From the human T2T-CHM13v2.0 reference genome, Homo sapiens, in NCBI RefSeq assembly GCF_009914755.1, contig NC_060930.1: a DNA stretch of 64,000 nucleotides; one strand, 5' to 3'. Every line of letters starts with the position of its first letter. Position 1 is the stretch's first letter. Below, one piece after another: positions 58,381 to 64,000 of this stretch. Under the pieces are notes generated by a model. It did not search any database and was not told where the DNA came from. It saw only the letters and a list, made by a program, of their open reading frames with translations. The position numbers were made by a program, and so were the translations under genes.

Positions 58381-58544
58381 TTTTTTTTTTTTTGTTTGAG
58401 ACAGGGTCTTACTCTGTTGCCCAGGCTGGAGTGTAGTGGTATGATCATACCTCACTGGGGCCTTGAACTCCTAAGCTCAAGGAATCCTCCCATCTCAGCT
58501 TCCCAAGTAGTTGGAACTATAGGTATGAGCCACCAAGCCCAGCC
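58381..58544 (-). mobile_element. Alu monomer (FRAM-like)
   Basis: T tract plus a single arm. Confidence 0.85.
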
Positions 58545-59230
58545 TCTAATTACTTATTTATTTTGTTTCTTTTTCTTGCCTAATCACACTGGCTAAAACT
58601 TCCAATACTATGTTGAATGGAAACAACAGGAACAAGCATCCTTGTCTTGTTCCTGATCTTAGAGGAAAAGCTTTCAGTCTTTCACCCTTGAATAGGATAT
58701 TAATGATGAAATTTTCATATCTGGCCTTTGTTATATTGAGGTAGTTTCATTTATTCTTATTTCAATGAGTGATTTTATCATGAAAGTTTGTCGATCTTGC
58801 CAAATGGGGTTTTTTTTGCATCAATTGAGATAATCATGTGATTTTGTCCTTTATTCCGTTAATGAGTTGTATTACATTTATTGATTATCATATATTGAGC
58901 CATAGTGTATTCTAGAAATAAAAACATCCTTTGGTTATGGTACATTATCCTTTTAATATGCTATTGAATTCAGTTTGCTAGTATTTTGTTAAGGATCATT
59001 GCATTAATATTCATCAGGGATATTGGTCTTTAGTTTTCTTTTTTTATGGTGTCTTTACCAGTCTTTGGAATCAGGTTAATAATATTGGCCTCATAAAATG
59101 AGCTTGGATGTGTTCCTTCTCTTTAAATTTTTAAAGAAAAAGTTGGAGGAGGATTGTTGTTGATTATTTTTCAAATGCTTGATAGAATTATTCGGTGAAG
59201 TCATCTGATCCTGGGCTTTTCCTTATTGGG

Positions 59231-60323
<1,093 letters not shown>

Positions 60324-60493
60324 CTGTTGGGAGGTGTTTAATTACTGATTCAACCTCCTCACTAGTTATTGGTCTGTTCAGATTTTCTTTTTCTTTATGA
60401 TTCAGTCTTGGCAGGTTGTGTGTTTCTAGGAATATTTCCATTTCTTCTAGGTTATCCAATTTATTGGCATACAGTTGTTCATAGTATTCATTT

Positions 60494-60896
60494 TGTCTTA
60501 GTCTGTCTTTCATGGCTATAATAGAACACCTGAGGCTGGGTCATTTATAAAGAAAAAAAGTTTCTTTAGCTCATGGCTTTGGAAGCAGGAAAGTCCAAGA
60601 TGGTGGCCACATCTGGTGAGGGCCTTGAGCTGCTGCATAGCATGGCAGATTAAGGGGAAGGGGAAGAAAGCCATGTGAACAGAGACAAGTACAAAGGGCT
60701 GGGCTGGGGCTGGCTTTATATCTACTTGCTTTTGAGGTAACTAACCAAGTTCCTAGAGAATAGCATTAATCCATTCATGAGGGCTCCACCCCTGCGACCC
60801 AAACACCTCCTACTAGTACCCACCTCCCAATACTGTGCATTAAGGAATTAAGGTCCCAACACCTGAACTCTTGGGGGACACAGTGAAACCACAGCA
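60494..60896 (-). mobile_element. MST/MLT1A-type MaLR solo LTR inside the L1
   Basis: tgtcttagtctg...catctggtgagggcc...ccattcatgagggctccacc...gggggacac...aaaccacagca. Confidence 0.87.
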
Positions 60897-60948
60897 CTCT
60901 TATAACCCATTTTATTTCTGTGGCATCTGTTGTATTATCTCCTATTTA

Positions 60949-61257
60949 GGCCAGGCTCGGTGGCTCACGCCTGTAATCCCAGCACTTTGGGAGGCCGAGG
61001 CGGGCAGATCACGAGGTCAGGAGATCGAGACCATCCTGGCTAACACAGTGAAACCCCATCTCTACTAAAAATACAAAAAAAAAAATTAGCCAGGTGTGGT
61101 GGCGGGCACCTGTAGTCCCAGCTACTCAGGAGGCTGAGGCGGGAGAATGGCGTGAACTCAGGAGGCGGATCTTGCAGTGAGCTGAGATGGTGCCACTGAA
61201 CTCCAGTCTGGGCAACAGAGCGAGACTCCATCTCAAAAAAACAAAGAAAAAGAAAAA
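60949..61257 (+). mobile_element. AluY
   Basis: gatcacgaggtcaggagatcgagaccatcctggctaacac, gagaatggcgtgaac; TSD ATCTCCTATTT. Confidence 0.95.
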
Positions 61258-61480
61258 ATCTCCTATTTCACTTCTGATTTTAATTATTTGAATCTTCTCT
61301 CTTTTTTTCCTTAGTTAATCTAGGTAAGGGTTTCTCAATTTTATTAATCTTTTCAGCTCTTAGCTTCATTGATCTTAGCTTCATCGATTTTTAAAATAAT
61401 TTTTCTATTCTCAATTTTACTTATCTCTGCTCTAATCTTTATTATTATTTCCCTAAGATGGTAAATTTTATGCTATATTC

Positions 61481-61782
<302 letters not shown>

Positions 61783-62614
61783 CTCAATGATCTTTTAATT
61801 CTAAGTGTAGTCATTCAAAATTCTTTAAGAATTCAGTGTGGGTATATTTGTCTCCTTTACTTTACATGTTCATAGCTCTCAAATGTTGGTACCGATCTGC
61901 TATTGTAATTTTGAGTCAATTATTCTCACTTTTCTGTAGAAGAAGCAGCATTATCAAGGGACTGAAGTTTGACGAAGAGATATGCTCGCAACTATTTTTC
62001 AACTTGACTTTTTCATCGTCACGTTTTCAAGTATTCATCCCACCAAAAAAGGTTGTAGTATGAAATGATACTGTTCTCTTAATTTTTTAAAAAGATAGCA
62101 TTTATAACATTATTGTAGATATTCATATGTTTAACTTCAGAGATTTATTTTTCAAGAGCTTTATTTATCAACAATAAAACCAGCAATGATGTTACACTAC
62201 CTCAGATGGCTTTAGGATGCTAATTGTGTTGTTGAAATTATACAGTCTAAACCACAGATGTGACTACTTTTACAGTAGCACTTAAAAAAAATCTAAAACC
62301 CCTCTTTGTTAAAACAAATGAAACCTAAAACACTACTGTGTACTGTATAATAGATAACAAAAATATTTCAAGACAATTAGACTTAGGTGCAATGTGAAAT
62401 ACATTTTTCTCTTTGGTTCTTAATGATTACCAGTGTCAGGTTCTTCTCTGTTTTTGCTTTGAAAACCAGAAATTCCCTTTCTTTCATCTAATTATTCCCA
62501 TTATAAACTATATCACTTTGAACACATAAAGTAACTCCAACTCCACACAGTGGCTTCATCTGCAATTTAAATCTCAATGTCTCCCATTATTCCTGTTGAA
62601 GACTATTGCTTCAA

Positions 62615-62800
62615 TGTAATTTATTCAACGTTTTTATTCAAAAGATATTATTAATTGCACATCAAACTATGTGCCAAGGCTCTATACCAGACACAGAATA
62701 GTGAATGGGAAAAACGTAGTCACTCTTGTGGAATTTATAGTCTAACTGGGAAGATGGATATTGAAGAAGCAATTATAAGGTTGATGAGTATTACAATAAA
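62615..62800 (-). mobile_element. L2 3' fragment
   Basis: ttattcaaaagatatt...actatgtgccaaggc...ggaatttatagtctaactggg. Confidence 0.65.
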
Positions 62801-63851
62801 AGGGATTTAGAATGTTTGTTATGGGAATATTTCTTTTCCCTCTGGGCTTCAGGAGAATAAACCACTGGGTTAAAAAATATGACTGTATTTCCTCTCTAAT
62901 TTCCTACTCCTGGCAACCCAAAAGAAAGATTTCACATAGGGAGTATCTGTATTAAGAAATAGAAACAAGTCCCTATGAATAATTTTTTCTTCCTTTTTAA
63001 GAAAATAGAAACATCCCTTTTAGCATGAGGCATATTTCTAACTTACAGCTGCTCACTCATAAGATTAGGTATTTATAACAATTCTGTTAGTTTTTTCTAG
63101 GTGGCTATAGCTGTTCTTCACATTTTATAAACTATTACTGTTTGGGAGATACTTAGAAACAACCTCAAAAAATGATTGCATTCTTAGTTTTTAAATAATA
63201 GTTAAGGCAGTTGTTAGGTCATATCTACAAATGGGTTTCATGAGAGACTTGAAGAGAATTTGTTGGTCTTAGATTTCTTGAAATGCCTGGGAGCTCTTAG
63301 AGAAAAGACCCTGTTGACTCTAAGGCCATGTTTACAAGTCAACAGTACAAAAGCATTTTTGCTATGAAAGTCATCTGGTGGATCTACAAGCACAGTTCAG
63401 CCTGACAGGGAATAAGTAAATGAATGACTTGATATCTTCCATAGAATCAATGGGCCAACCTCAACCCCAGTGTTAACAGCAGCTCAAAAGGGTAACCTAG
63501 CATTATCTTTTAACCAGGACTAGGCCAAAAATAAGATAAGTTACAGATTTACATGGAGAATCCTAATAGTATTTATGACAGGCCCAGAGACCAGCCCATT
63601 TATGTGAGTTCCTTTTTTTCTGTCACCCTCGTTCACAGAAGAGGGGAGTGGGTTTTGGCACTCAAGTCTTCCCCCAAACCCAGCCTCCTAACATCCCTGC
63701 TATAAAGGGAAGAATCTGTGAGACTAAGTTAGCATTTCTATAGAATTCATACATATTTTGACTGACAAGGAAAAAAGACAATAGACCTGGAATAATCAGG
63801 CTGTGCATTTGAGTGAATGTCAACTCCTTATGGTAGAAAGAGCCCTGAACT

Positions 63852-64000
63852 GGCCAGGCACGGTTAGCTCATGCCTGTAATCCCAGCACTTTGGGAAGCC
63901 GAAACTGGCAGATTGCATGAGTCCAGGAATTCCAAACCAGCCTGGGCAACATGGCAAAACTCCTTTTCTATAAAAATATTTAAAAATTAGCCAGGTTTCA
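63852..64000 (+). mobile_element. Alu left arm (cut by window edge)
   Basis: ggccaggcacggt..ctcatgcctgtaatcccagcactttggg. Confidence 0.93.

Overview
This is primate, almost certainly human, repeat-rich intergenic DNA, and I found no supportable intact protein-coding gene. Two landmarks are firm. One is a full-length processed TPT1/TCTP pseudogene (minus strand, 2852-3710) with poly(A), a target-site duplication (TSD), a 5'TOP start and two nonsense codons. The other is a solitary tRNA-Leu(TAA) gene (19170-19252) inside a CpG island. From recall, this pair matches TPT1P4 and TRL-TAA1-1 at 6q24.2 between STX11 and UTRN; this should be confirmed by BLAT. Most of the rest is transposon debris: about 29 Alu/FAM elements, two long minus-strand L1s, older L1M/L2/L3/MIR fragments, MaLR/ERV1/ERVL solo LTRs and MER DNA transposons, often nested with readable TSDs. 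Repeat subfamily names and many boundaries are by eye and approximate. The most unusual items are: (1) a ~1.1 kb foreign insertion (unique sequence + A20 + Alu) inside an old L1, which looks like an unannotated retroposed transcript fragment; (2) two non-repeat-looking patches with Ty3/Gypsy pol-like motifs, one ~0.9 kb upstream of the tRNA; (3) a probable reverse-transcribed cap G on the TPT1 retrocopy; (4) candidate regulatory motifs (NFAT:AP-1 composite, CTCF). I see no convincing new multi-gene system.
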